From: Podarcis bocagei
Taxonomy: Eukaryota
DNA length: 64,000 nucleotides
Assembly: GCA_964188305.1 (NCBI GenBank)
Contig: OZ076885.1
Direction: 5' to 3' (one strand)
In this document: one piece after another, positions 36,452 through 51,400 of the stretch
Layout: each line of letters starts with the position of its first letter
How positions within the stretch are numbered: position 1 is the stretch's first letter
Position numbers and translations under genes: made by a program
Notes under the pieces: generated by a model
Told to the model about the DNA's origin: nothing
Seen by the model: the letters and a program-made list of their open reading frames with translations, nothing else
Databases searched by the model: none

Positions 36452-39400
36452 CTACAACACAAAGAGCAAGGAAGTTACAATTCCGAGGTCCTTTGCTTTG
36501 CATCTTGCTGAAAAGACAAATTTCTCCTGTAACTCTTCCCTTTTGTGAAAGGATAGTGACTGCAGAAACGCTGGCACGTGGACCTTGCCAGTCTGCACGA
36601 GGGAACCGGGACATTGCAAGCAAGTGTGCAAGGCCAGTAAGGGAGGCATACAGGAAATGGAAGATATACTTACATTTGAATTGGGGGTTGAAGAAATGCT
36701 GCTCCTTTCTGTATCGTTGAAGGCACCTTCAGATTGTTCAGACATCTGCTTGCAGGTGGAGAGGAGAATAAAGTTGGGTGAGGGATAGAAAAACAAGGAT
36801 TGATGCTCGACCCGTAGCTCCCAAAATGGTGATTCTCCCAAAAGCAAGTGTTACAAACTTGGAGCCCTCCATATCTTGTTGGACTACATTTCCTATTATC
36901 TGGCTGGAACCAATGGGAGGGTCAAAACCTCTCCATCCCTGCTGTAGGTCAATAGATCATGGCTACTTTTGAGGTGGACGCCTTGTGAAAACACCCTCAT
37001 GTAAGGGGATATACTACTGAACTTAGACTAGGGAGACCCCTGGGTCAAATATCCACTCATTCACAAAGAGATGGGCTAAAACGCCTCACAAAATTATTGT
37101 GAAGACAAAATGGACCATACAGCACACATGCTGCTTGGAGAAAAAGTGGAATACAAACCTAAAAGGCACAAAATGAGCTGTCACTACACTCTTGAGAATG
37201 CACTTCTCTTTGTTTTCAGGCTATTCAAGGGAAATTACTAAGATTGTGGGGAAGTGAAAAATAGTTGTGTGACTCAGTGTATTATAGTGCCTTTTGAGGT
37301 ACAAAAATGTAACACTGAAGAATAATGCAACCATAAAGAGGGAGAACGAATGCCCCAAATAACCAGGAAACCATAAAAGGGGTACCCAGTAGTAACAAAG
37401 ACACACAATGTAAAATATCAGCAAGACTTGCAGCAGCATTTCTTTTTCTGTTTTCTCGCTGATACTCTGAAGTCCTATGCAATTCCTTATTGGAGTCATC
37501 AGGATTCAATAAGCACATACATAATTCTTCCAAGATTAGACAGCTTCACCTACAGTATCCAAACCTGCTTGACAGAACTATATTCTTTTGGTCAGCATTT
37601 GAGAGTTGATTCCCCCCCCTCCCCGGTATTCTGCGTACTCGTATGTTGTGTTTGTGTCATTTGACAGAAGGGGTGGGGCAGAGGTCAGTCGAGGTCTACT
37701 AGTACATCTCTGCCTGGTTTGTGGTGTATCAGCAAGGGTTTCCTGACTCTTAACAACAGCAACAAAACAACTTTCCCTGACTAAATTTGGCTGCTGAAAC
37801 CAAGAATGCTAACCAGGACCAGACTTTAGTCTGACAGGACTGTGAGATCAGTTCTGGTACCGAAGATAAACTCCTCCATTCAGAATGTGTTCCGAGGCAT
37901 CCAATTCTCTATATGTATTTTCTAAAGTAGATCTGACAAGCATTTCACCTTTTTGGTAAAAGGTGCACGCATCCATCCATTTCAAAGCAAATGTATGTAG
38001 CGCAACATTTTAAAAGTGGTTGTGGGTGGAACATGCTAGTCTGAGAAGTGTGTACATGCATCGTAAATAATATTGTGGTAACCATCTCCCCATGCTTGGA
38101 TTTTCTTCATGTAGCTCAGGTGACAAGTGGTCATGAGCAAATGTAAGAAACAGCACACAGTAAACTGGGCACATTCTTGCCTTTCTTACCTGGTAACTGG
38201 AGGGCTTCCTTGGATGCAGCTTCTTCAGACAAAGGCCAAAGAAGGAAGAAAGGATGCAGGAGACAAGGACCACGCAGGTGAAAATGGTGATGGGTCTGAT
38301 GGAGCCTACAGTGTTGACAGACCAGGAAATGACATTAGGTGCCACTGCTTTCTCTGCCTACAATTTAAAGTAGTCTACAACTCCTGAGACCCAAACCCGC
38401 TTTTGTAAGGAGCAAGGCCTGTCATATCTGGATGAGGGCTCTCTGAATCACCAGTGGTGAATCTGTGGCCCTTTAGATGTTATTGGACTCACCAGCCCCA
38501 GCCAACACAACATTCAAAGCAACTTCCTGGGGGTAAATGGATGTGCTCAGTCTGGATACTACTCAACCTTTCCTAAATAAATGTCAACCAGCCCCTAGAG
38601 TAAGGAGGTTCAGCTCAGGGTATGCTTGATGGCAGCCCTTGCCTACCTAGTCGGATGACGGAGAAGAAGAGCAGCCAGAACATGCAGAGGATGGGAGCTA
38701 CCACCACTTGGCTCACAGCTGCCGTGTGGATGCGCTGGTTCAGTTTGGTGGGGATGTAGACATAGTAAATGTTGTAGCGGTCAACCATGTGCTTCAGCAG
38801 CATATACAGCAAACCTGGGAGCAAAAGGACAAGGAGTGGTCAAAGGAGATGCCGGTAGGCAAGAAGATAAGGGGCTTGGTCAAGAGATTTTGCAGCAGAC
38901 GATTCAGTGGGAGAGGCTACAGCTTAGCTAGTAGTGGGACACATGCTCTGCATGCAGGAGGCCTCAGATTCAATCCCTGGCTTCTTCTGTTAAAAAAGGA
39001 TTCCAGGTAGCTGGGCTGGGAAAGACCTCTGCCTGTGACCGTTGAGAGTTGCTGGCAGCCAGGAGTACTGGGCAGAATGGAATACAAATCCTGTACACCG
39101 GGCAAAGTACAAGCCCATAGTCATTTTCTGTCCAGAAAGTGTACTTTGGGAATGGGGCATTATAATTCAATGTGAAAGAGCTAAAACCTAAATAAATGTA
39201 GCTTAATATGCATTATTTACACATTATTACATTATTTACACAGAGCCTCCAGCTGCTGTTGGACTACAACTCCCATCATCCTTAGTTAGCAGGACCAATG
39301 GTCAGGGATGATTGGAATTGTGGTCCAAAAACAACTGGAGACCCAAGTTTGGGAAACCCTGAGCTAGAGATTTGCTTTTTATTAAAACCAAACCAAACCA

Positions 39401-42400
39401 AACCAAACCAAACCAAACCAAACCAAACCAAACCCAGAACACTAATAATTCAGAGGAGCCTGGAATATCTTGGTGTGTGTGTTGGTAGAAGAACACAGGA
39501 AGCTGCCTTATAACTGATTCAGAGCAGCAGCATCTACACTAATTGGCTCAGTATTGTCTCTACCAATTGATTTCAGCTCTACAAAGTCTCAGAATGAGTT
39601 TCCCAGAGACTGAGTGTGGGATTCTGTGTGTGCAAAGCACATGCTCTACCACTAAGGTATGGTCCTTCCTCTTGTGTCAAGGCTACAGCCTTGAGCACAA
39701 ATGCATAAAAACATCTAAGACAGGAGTAGGCATTATGGTGCCCTTCAGATGCTGTTGGATTACTCCCATCATCCCCGACTGGGGAAGATGAGAGTTGGAG
39801 TCCAACATCATTTGAAGGGCACCATATTGGCTACTCCTGATCTGCAGTTTTTAAATGTAGAACGTATGGCAGCCCAGTGTTTGCCCAGTGGATTGGAGTG
39901 CAGCCATGTGGATTTTGGTAAGGCTGCTTTTAGCTGTGAAATGCAACTGCATGGTAGCAGAGCCCCACGTTTTGCCCTGAATCCTATTAGGCAAACTTCA
40001 GCAGCTGCCCTGCCCAGCAGCCCCATCTCTACCCCCCATATCCTTCCCCATGCATCCTGAAATCTGACTAGGATATTGATTTTCTCAAGTGACTAGACAA
40101 GGACAGGAACTTTGGGGGGCTGGCAGAGATACTTACCAAAGGGGACAATAATGGGGCAGGTGATGCTATAGGTCATGACAACAGCAAATATACAGCAGGT
40201 CCAGGCATACTCCAATCCAAACTGGAACTCATAAGCTTGGTTCTAAGGAAAACACAGCAGCACATTTATCCTGTTGTCTTCTACTTCATCATGAGGAGAG
40301 CTAAAAGAACACTTGTTGGCTGGGTTAGCACACTTAAAAGCCTTGAGCCAATATGATTTGTTTCCCTTAGCTACGGTTAAGCATTACATCTATGTACCTA
40401 AACCATGGTTAAGTATTGGCCACAAACTAGGATGCAAAATCATGATTGAAATAGGTTGCAAACCCACTGCATTGGCCTGCACAGAGAAAACTGCTGTTGA
40501 GGCAGCTTCCCTGCCTCCTGAGCTTCTCTTGCCTGCAAAGCAACAATCAGGTTTTGCTAACATCTCCTTAGGTATGCCCTTTACAAGCTACATCATGGTT
40601 TCAATGTTTCTTTGGGATGTTAAGCAGTGTTTAGGCAACAGTGCTAACCATGGTCAATGCGTTAAGCATTGTCTGCTCTGGGCCCATCAGAAGCCCTCTT
40701 TGGGTGTCTAATACTCATGTGATTGAAATTATGTTAAGGGCCTCTGTGCTGCATCTCCGCTGCCCAGCCACACCACCCTCCACTCACAGGAGGAGGAAGT
40801 CTAAAGTAGGGGAGATTCCCTACATTATTTAGCATAATACACAACCAGGATTGTATAGGCAGGGTTGTGCACACAGGGAGCCTAGACATGTGTAGATCCC
40901 ACTTCAAACCTTCTCCCTCCCCCAAAGTGTGGAAGGCAGTGGAGGCCAGCAGATGGTGACACAGTAAAAGAGGTGGGTCCAGCAAGTTCAACTCTCTCTT
41001 TGCCCCTTGCATGATAAATATCATGACAGTGAACTCCCAAATACAGCTTGACTTTCATGAGATTCCTGCTCCATAAGAACCTGGGCCAATGGAACCCTTC
41101 TCCCAAGATTGCTGTCCTTGTTTTCCAATATTATATCTGCAACAACAATTCACAGGCAAGTGCCCTTCTGTGAAAAGAGGAAGATAAGCTTCTCAAGAAG
41201 TGAAATTTTGTTCTCACTCACACACTGCATAGTATGCAGCTGGAACACATAGAATATATATATAATCCTGGAGACTAATAAATCTCCAGGACTGAAGCTT
41301 GCCCTAAGTTGATGTTTCTCATAAACCTTTGGAGAAGCTGAACCTCAAGCCTGGCCATTTGTGAGTTTTTTGGTTGGGGGTGGGTGGCATTTCCACACCC
41401 TTACAGGACAGAGTTGCTTCAGAACAAAACATAACAAGAGGGAATCCCAGAGAGTCACAAAACACAGAAGTGCCAAGAGAACAGCCTTCTGGTCCTAAGA
41501 CAGGACGGCATGCGGCTGAGTGTGAGTGAGAAAGTAACGAAACCGCAAACCCGCTTGATGTGGAGCCGCTCCGGTTCAGACTTGGCAAAGCAGAGCCGCG
41601 TGGCATAGACAATGAGTCCAGGGATGCGCAGCAACTCCATGGCTGTCCCAATCAGGCTGGAGGTGACAACATAGTTGACAAAGAAAGCACCGTTGTCGGG
41701 CAGGAAAACACACCTAGGTGGGAAGAAACCAGGGGCGGAGGAGTGAGAGGAGAGAGATGCTCTAAACAGACCAGGAGAAAGTGGCACTTCCAGAAACCTT
41801 TGCTGAGAACCAAGGCCACACATGCTCGTGACGTACCTCATAAACACAAAAAAGGGCACCCATCCTGCCAGCAGAACTGGTGAGCCCTCTTTGTCTCCCA
41901 CACACAGTTCTGAGCAATACTCACTGAAACTTGATCTCTGCCTGATCCACAAAGTGGGTGTCAAAGAGCCAGCGGAAGAAGAGGTCCAAACTGGGGAAGG
42001 AGAACAGAGAGCAAGAATGCAACAGAGGCTTATTCCTTTGCAAGGAAACTTATGCAGGGCCCCCAGGCCACTAGTCTAGCCTACTAAAGGTTGGGGCTAT
42101 GCCAGCAGGACCACCATGCCAGCTTCACCAGTGTGTCTGTGCATTCCCAACTTCAGCGGCACTTGGCCCTAGCCTGTACATGGAAGCTATAGCGATGCTG
42201 GTGCTGGGGGGGGGGGGAGGGGAGGCTCTGCTCCACCACCACAGCCGCTGCTGGTGTCGCCTTTAGGATTTTTGTTGTGTAGCCCCAAGGCCCCTGTGAT
42301 TTGCCCCTCTCCGGACCTTCATACACACTGCCCTCTTATACAGATAAAGACTGAAATCGTGAAATACCACCTACTACGTTGTCTCTACTTCCTCATGCAA

Positions 42401-45400
42401 ATCACAATGCCCGAGAAAGCATTTATTTTGCTTTAGAAAGGAAGAACGGAGTGCCAAGTCAAGTCTCAATCCTAAATAAATTTACCTCTAAAGTGAGCTT
42501 AATTTTCTCTTTTGAAAGGAGTGGATTCAATTTACCTTCCTTATATATGACAGTAAGCTTAATATCAGCAAATCACTTAAAAAACAAGGTTTTATGTGGT
42601 AATTTGAGCTACCACATGGAAAACACACTTGTGCAGATCTCCCCCAAATCTCAAGTGCTGCTGATTCACTTCTGGCTTTAAATCTTGCCAACTACTTATT
42701 CAGAACTGCTGGTCTCCCTATCAGAGGGGGGCTGAACGGCAGTGTGTTCTGTGAGACAGGAAGCATGCATTCAATCTGCAAACAAAAGGCCTCCAAGAGG
42801 CTTCACAAAAGGCCTGAACAAAGGAAGAACGATTTGTGTTTTAACATCTGCAAGTTGCTTTGTACCTGGTCAATCCAAGTGAGGGCAGGATGATAACCAT
42901 AAACACCAGGAAAAAATAACACTTGTGCATTGTGAGCTGATTCTCATTTGACCTAAAAGGGAACAACAACAACAACACATATTTATCCCACCATATTTAT
43001 CTCATGGGGAGAGACAATCAGCAACGTAACAGGAGCTAGGTTAGAATTTTGTAGTAAAACTCCCAAAATGATACTACTAAAGCAACCTGATAAAAACATC
43101 CTCAGATTCAGCAATAAATATCACAGAATGTCACTGAAACACACTTGGAGGTTTTGATGAGGACTTTGCATTTTTCTTTTTTTGGTTTTTGTTTAGTTTG
43201 TTTTTTCTAGTATTGTATTATGAAAAGCCTTAATAAAATCTTATTTAAATAAAGCAGCATACATTGTGTATGGCATAATGGTTATAGTGTTGGAATAGGA
43301 CCTTGAAGGCCAGGCTTCAAATCCCCACTCAGCCATGAAGCTCACTGAATGACCTGGGGCCAGTCACCGCCTCTCAGCCTAACCTACCTCGCAGGGTTGT
43401 TGTGATGAAATAGGGAGGAGGAGGAGGAGAAACATGTACCCCACCTTGAGATAAAGGCAGTGCCTCAATGTAATAAATAACAACAACAATAATGAGAGTT
43501 ACAAACCCTTTTGCTCCAGTATGAATAAATAAAATAAAGCATGGGGTTCTTTTAGGGTTTACCAGGTTTTTTTCTTTTAACTTGGGAAACCATGCTATTA
43601 AAACAACCAGATAAAAGGATTCCCAGATTCAGCAATGAATTTTACTGACTGTTACTGTCACAGCCAGGTAGACCCCCAGAGAAACTCTGAAAATGCGTAA
43701 CGCAACAAAATCTAACCCCTGGGGTGTGTTTCTAGCATAAAACCATTTTAAAAGTTGTGGGTGTAAGGATATGAGTTACCTTGTCCAGTGTGATTCGAAG
43801 AAAGCAGAGTAGTACACAATGAAAGGCAGGAACACTGAGAAAGCCCAGAGCAGCAGTGTGGGGAAGAACTGGGTGACAATAGGATTCTGGGAAATGAGAT
43901 AGAAAGGAGGAATAATATTACTTAATACTTTTACTGAGAATCCAGCAGCTTCTCTCCCTGCCGCATCCTGGGAACAGGACTAAAAGAATACAACTTCTCC
44001 TTGATAGGTTCCCTCTCATTGCTGCTAATTCGGTCACTGACTGTAAGTGTGGCTTGGGGGAAAAACAACACCACATCAAAGGCAAAAAAGGATGAATGGC
44101 TGTTCTGTGCTGGGAGATTTCTGTCACAGCTCCTTCTCTAAATCAGAGGATCACCTGTGTCATTCTACCTTCGGTGCAACAACCTATTCAGTATCGGGAT
44201 GCATTTGAAGATCAAAGATGAAGATAGCAAGTGCCATAGCACAGAGCACAGAGCAGTCTGGCTGCCCTGGGCAGAGCAGTGCTAAAGGCTCCATTATCAG
44301 GACACTAGGCAGAGATTTTATTCCCTGTCCAATGCTTTCACAGGTACCGTATTTTTTGCACCATAACACTCACTTTTTTCCTCCTAGAAAGTAAGGGGAA
44401 ATGTCTGTGCGTGTTATGGAGGGAATGCCTACGGGTGGCATGCCTACGGATTTCCCTCCTCTAAAAACTACGTGCGTGTTATGGCCGGGTGCGTGTTATA
44501 GAGCGAAAAATACGGTATATGCTTCTCTTTTGGGGGTGGATGGGCATGGAATGGGCAAGCCCTGAAAAGCAGGGAATGGGAATGTTACCCTCCCCATAGC
44601 TGGGCTCTAGTCCCAATAAGGAAGAACCCCACAGGGGACGGCAGTGCGCACCTTGAGGCTCTCCACAGGCTGCGTGACGTTGAACATGTCCATGGTGTTG
44701 ACAATGATGGCTGGTGTGGTGAGGAAGAAGAGGAGGATGAAGAGGCAGATGTTGAGCACGACAAATCGCACCCACCACGAAGCACCGCTGACGGATAAGT
44801 TCTCCCTACAAGAAAGAAAGCATGAGGAGCATGCGGAGTGCAGGGAAGGCAGCCGGCCAAGAGGTGACAACAGCCTTCCAGATGTGTTAAGACCACAACT
44901 CCCATCAGCCCCAGCCAGCACGACTGCAGACCGAAACACATGGAGGGCACCAGGTTAGTGAAGGCGGAGTTAAGAAGTTCCCATCTCATAATAACACTCT
45001 TGCCCTCACTTTTGGGGTTTAGGACTTCTGCATAAATCTTAATATCTAACTAGGAATATACTGATTGTGCGCAAAGTGTTTGAAGTTGTTTGCAACATGC
45101 TGGCTGCTGAAATTAGTGATTGTTTTAAAAAGGTAACACTGGCTTGAGGATTATTTGCTTTGTGGATGACCAATCAGTGGCACACTGTACCTACAAAAGC
45201 ATGGTTTTTGCTGGATTATGCAGATGTTTGGAAGCATCTACAGATGAATACTCACTTCAGCCAGATAGGTCTGTTAGGTGGCCAAGGAGAAGGGCCATAA
45301 CTCAAGTGATTTAGCATCTGCTTTTCATGCAAAAGATCCAAGGCTCAATCTCTGGTGTCTCCAGGTAAGGTTAGGAGAAACTCCCAGTCAGTAGAGACAA

Positions 45401-48400
45401 AACTGAGTAGATGGACTCAGTATAAGGCAGTTTTCTTTGGTCATTGCGAAAGCTACAAAAATCCTGTCAATATCCTTGAGAACAGTTTTCACACCACCTT
45501 TGTGTAGTGTATTAATTGGAGTCAGCAGATGGTGCTATTGTTTCACCCAGTTCTTCCACAAGCAACTATACAAAAACAGCTAAGATTCTAAGGTGCAGTA
45601 AGAAATCAATTGCGGCCTACGCTTTTGTGGGCTCGAGTCCAGTTCATCAGTTGCGTGCGGTGTAAGCCCTAGTTGCAGGTATATCTACACATGGAAGGGT
45701 AGTAAGCAGTGAGATCGGAGGGAAATAAAATGCAAAAATCACAGACACTGACCTCATTGCTTACAATTCCCCAATCAACTATGTATATACATGCACTTGA
45801 GGATTATTCTTCATGCAACTGGTGAACTGGAATGTGGTCTGTAAAAGCTAATGCTGCAATAAATTGGTTAGTCTTTTGGGCACCACAAAACTGTTGTTTT
45901 TGTTGCAATGCAGAGTAACATAACTTTCCCTGTGGAAATATATTAAAAAGTCTGCCTTCTGCCACATGAATGTGTCTGAATTCCAACGTTCTCCTCTATG
46001 ACTGCGTACACATTCAAAGCACATTTCATTGTGAATTGCCCTGAGATCTATGGGTAGAGGGTGGTACTACAACAACAACAACACAACAACAACAACAATT
46101 TTGTTGCTCAAAGAATTATCAGCATTGTAGTTTGGGAAGGCTTGCTGGGAATTTTAACCCTGAGGAATGAACTGCAGTGCCCTGAGGGGGGAAATGTGCT
46201 TTGAAGGTATAGTTGTACTCAGCCAAATCTCCCTGAGGCACTGGCTGCGGGGTAGCTCAGGACTCCATGGCTGCCATAAGGACCATGGGGCTGTCCCAAC
46301 ATGTCACTGGCCCAACGCATGTGGCAGGCCACACTCTGAACCTTGTTTTCTCAACTGGGTAGGAAGAAGGTGATCCAAAAGTGGGAGATACTGACATCAG
46401 TCCCTTGTCATGGTCAGATCACTTCCTGCTGAGATTTAGGCTTTTGGCACCTTTTACCCTCTGCAGAGGTGGCAGAACTATTAGGATGGTCTGCCCTTGG
46501 AGTCTAATGGATCCACCTACAGCTTACCAGAGCACAGATTACAGAAGTTAGGCTATTCTCATTTTGTATTTTTATGTTGTGAACTGCCCTGTGATCTTCA
46601 GATGAAGGGTGGTATACAGATATAATAAATAATAACAAATAATAATTTCCCTAGGGATTCATTTCAGTATGTAATGTTAGTTGCCTCAATTACCGTTTTC
46701 TCAATTTTGCTGAATTTTTATGTAGTGAATTTTTAACAGTGGCTACAAAAAAGCACCAGAATAACCAAACACTCTCTGGACTCACCAGCATATTTCAACA
46801 TCAGTACCCAAAGGAACATTTACATCTCTCTCTCTTTTCTGCCTGATGTCACTGCCCAGGCCAGCCTCCCGTAACCTGATGCTGTGCTGGATGGGGCTGA
46901 CAGATGCTTTCTAAAACATATTGGGGGCACTAGGTTGGAGAAGGCTGGCCTAGGGTTTAAAGTGGTGGATTTGCTAGTCTCGAAACACCCAAAAGTATAA
47001 CACGGAATCTTAAAATTTCAACATGTTGAACTTGCTCCTTGCCTTGATGCTCCCTTGAAAACCAAGATGGCAGAAGCATGGGAACTTACCAGATGATGTC
47101 GTTGGGAGCGGGGGCATAGCTGACTCCCCAGCAATGGGATTTCACCACTGTGGTAACAGAAGACTGTTGTGGATGCTTGCGACACCAGACACGGCTGTAA
47201 TCCTTCAGAATACTGGGGGAGAGAAGAGGCAACAGTTGGAGGAGGGTGGTCCAATACCCTTGATAGTGGCGCCTGCCCTGTGGAACACCCTCCCACCAGA
47301 TGTCAAAGAAATAAACAACTTTCTGACATTTAGAAGACATCTGAAGGCAGCCCTGTTTAGGGAAGTTTTTTAATGTTTGATGTTTTTATTGTGTTTTTAA
47401 TATCCTGTTGGAAGCCACCCAGAGTAGATGGGGAGGCCCGGCCAGATGGGCAGGGTATAAGTAATAAATGATGATGATGCAGAAGGTCCCAGGTTCAATC
47501 CCTGGCATCTCCAATAGGGCTGGGAGAGATCGCTGCCCCAAACCCTGGAAAACAGCAGCCAGCCAGCCAATACTGAGTCAGATGGGCCAATGTATAAGGG
47601 TCAGATGGCCTCTGTATAAGGCAGTTTCCTATATTCCTAATGTTCCCCTTGGAGATAATCTTTTCTGACCTCAAATACGGTGCAAGTTAAGACGTTCAGT
47701 GTGAACAAACTCCTAGAGAAATTAGTAGTAGCAGGGAACACTCACGTGGCTGTCATCCTCTCATCCTGAAATGTGACAAAAGCCATGTCGAGGCGCTTTA
47801 GTGCAATCCGGCTCCGCTCCGCATTAAATTCATCTGTCAATTTCTCTTCTAGCTCCCCATAGTATTGCTCCGCATCTACCTAGCAGGGAGAAAAGGAAGC
47901 ATGCTCAGTTATTGGTTCTGCTTTGAAATGCCTGTGAGAGTAAATGCAGAATGAAGTTATCATCTTCTGTCTTCACGCATGCTCTGAAAGGCTGCTGCTT
48001 CCTGAAACACCAACTACCGCACAATTATTTTTTTTGTGAGACAGCAAGAATGATATATACTGGTTTAATCTAGGCATTTTCCATCACCAATGTAAACTGA
48101 TTATACTTGCTGTAATGAGGTGGAGTAAAAGTCCAAGGCCAGACTCCGCAATAAAATTGGTACCAAGCAAACATTCGTCAGCTGCCAAATTCTAGCCCAG
48201 GAGTTGCAACTGGAGTGAATCAGCTGTCACAGGAAGGTGTGTGCATGCAAGTGAGAGAGATTAACTGCGTCATTCCAGCCCTTTCAGGCAGACACTACTT
48301 GAAAAAGAACAGCAATAACTATGTCAAGGAGACCATGGTCTCAGTTGGAATAACAGCTGCCAGCTGCCAGACAGTATTCCAGCAAGGCCTCTAGATGGTG

Positions 48401-51400
48401 CAAGCTGAAGCACGTCTTCCGAGATGACGTAGAACCGTGAAACAGTTTGTAACAGTTTCAGCCCTGCCTTTAGTCCCAGCCTGAAATATTGGACCCATTT
48501 TTAATTTTCACTACCTCATGTGCCTTTCTCTATATCTCTCTCCCTCACACACACTGTCTATGGATATTCTAATGATCCCCGCTTCTGTCCCAATTTGAAA
48601 TGCTGGGCCCATTTTTAACCTCATGTATCCATTTCTCTATAAATTATTGTCTTCACTGCGCTTTCTCTTGGTGCTCAAACAATCCCCTTTAGTCCTAATC
48701 TGAAACATTGGGCCTTAAAAAAAATCCCTCGTGTGTCTGTCTTCATACAATCTTTTCTCTATCTCATATGTTCTGAAAACCAGAGGAAGAGAGACACAAA
48801 AAAGCCTCCTCACACATTTACAAAATGGGTATGCAGAATGGGGGAAAGAGTGCCACTGGTGTGGCCCATCTCTGACTTGGGCTTAACAAAACTGTGGGTC
48901 CCAATTCAGCAGGTGAAGGCCAGTTGTGTAGCAGACCAATTTCAGCTCTGTCATGAACTGGGTGCAGGGGACAGGCAAGTGCTCAAGAAAAACACACACA
49001 CTCCCATTTCCAAGTTTTTCTCCCCTGTCACTGGGTGACATTTCCCTGAGGCTGCTTAAGAAAGACCTGTGTGCCCCGAGGGAAGGCAGAAGCTAGGAGA
49101 CTTGGGCCAGGGAGCACTAACCATCAGCTCCTGGCAGAACCATCAAGAGGTCTGAGAGAACTGTTGGAGCAGGCCTTTCCCCCACCACCTTCCCTGGGGC
49201 TGCTCAAGAAAGGCCTCTGCAGCCTGAGGGAAGGCAGGAACGAGGGAACACAAGCCAGGGAGCTTGTTGCCATCAGCTCTTGGAGACACCTGTGGGGCCT
49301 GAGATGACTCTGTCAGTCACTCTGCATTTTATAACATGCATTTGTTTTCATATTGTAAAACTACAAACCATGTTTGGGCGCCTTGGCGAAAAGGTGGTTA
49401 TATAAAAGCAGTGCTTTTTTTCTAGGGGGATGCAGGGGTACGCATACCCCTAAATATTTTGTGCATCTAATGGAAGAAACTATTTTTTTTAAAAAAATAG
49501 TTTCTTCTCTAGCACGGCGAATAATCAGTTCCGTTGAATAGCACAGTGACTGGTCAGTTTCGTTGTTACCACCTCCGATGGCAGCCTCATTTCCTGAGTC
49601 TCAGATGGAAGTGAGCGTTTAAAATGTGAAGCAATGTGGAAGTGTGGTGTTTTACTGTCAGCTGAGTAATATGAGGTAATGCATGTTCTTTGTACTTTTG
49701 TCCATTTACTGTATTTATTTTTCCCAATCTGAACTATAAAATGGAGATTTTCTTGAGTCAAAATGAGAGCACCCCTAAACACTTTTTTTTGAAGCACTGT
49801 ATAAAAGCAATCACTCAATCAAATTTCACATGGAAATTGTCTCTAGCTTAGCTTGGTAGCCAGCAGACTAACAAAGCAACAGGGTAATGGACAATCATAA
49901 ATGCCCACGGTCAGTTTCATGTGCCAGCCCTGAATTTCACTCTGTACCTCTTCAAAGCCGCAACTACGGCAACAGAATATCCGTGAGCAGGGGTGGATCT
50001 TGATCATGATTTTCCCCTCCTTCTGAGCCTTGGTGGTGAAGTAAAGCCTCCCCTTCATTGCCTTGCGCCTGCCAGCCAAAACGAAGCAGAGAGGAAAGTT
50101 AACGAGGCTGCCCATTGAATCATTGTGTTCAGAATTACCGTATTGTTCTGTGTATAACCCGCCCCCATGTAGAAGACAACCCCTATTTTTTTGGGGGGGG
50201 GGCATTGCCCAAAGTTGTTGAGAAGGCCAATCACACGGCCAATTGCCTCTGACAATCTCCTGCTGGCTGCTGCCACCAATTGCCCACCCACCCACTGCTA
50301 TCCGTGTATAAGACGACTCACAATTTTTGCCCATCATTTCGAAGGATAAAATATCGTCTTATACATGGAAAAATACGGTAAGTGTATTTCCATGCATGCA
50401 CAACTGCGGTTGCTTTGCTTAAGTTTGAGGCTTTCGGATTCCGTACAGCAGGGGTGGGGGACCTTTTTCATCGCAAGGGCCACATTCCCTTCCAGGCAAC
50501 CTTCTGAGGGCCACATGACAGTGGTGAGTGGGGACAAAAGTGGGCAGAAAAATAGGTGTAAACGTTGCCTTCGTACAGCATTCTAGTGTCTCCACACCCA
50601 TACATGCTCCATCCAGACAAGCAAAAGAGGCATGAAATAGTTCAAGGACACTTTCTAGCCAGGCCAGTGAGGAGTGTGGACTGGGGGCAGTTCTCAGGGT
50701 CAGATAAAGAGGACTGGAAGGCCGCATTTAACCTCTGGGTCTAAGGTTTCCCACCCCTACAGAATTACATCCTCAGAACCTTAGCTGTGATGGAAATAAC
50801 GTTGCGGTGCAGCACTTGGCATTTATGTATTTATTTAAATATGCAGACAAAATACTTGTTTAAATAGGTTTCAAGGTATCACAGTGTGTGGCCTGGATCC
50901 TTTGGCTCTGTGAATGGGAGCCTCCATTCATGGAAGGAGAGCTGCACTCACAGAAGAAACCCCGTCATGATCTCAAATCTCCTTTCATTCACGGAGTAAA
51001 AAGTTGTGATTTGAGGCAGTGTATTTAGAGACATATCTTGAGATGAATTTTTTTTAAATTGCAGGTTAAATGTGAGGCCTGAATGGAATTATGGCTAAAA
51101 ACAGTATGTTTAAGTGACACAGACCAGAAATGGGTCTGCCCTTTAACTGTTTCCATTCCAGCTGGTCATTGTAAGTACTATTCAACATTAAGAACTGACA
51201 TGTGAGTTTGCTACCCCCCCTTTCTTCCCTGTTTCTTTTCCCTCGCGTGCTGTGCCTTTCCGATTGTAAACCTGACGGCAGAGACCATCTTGTTTTTATC
51301 AAAGGTACGCCACCCTGGGAGCCTAAGTGCTCTAAGTAAAATAATAAATAAAATGCAGCAAATAACTGCCAAGATGCAAGTCTTTGTCATGTTAAAAGGA

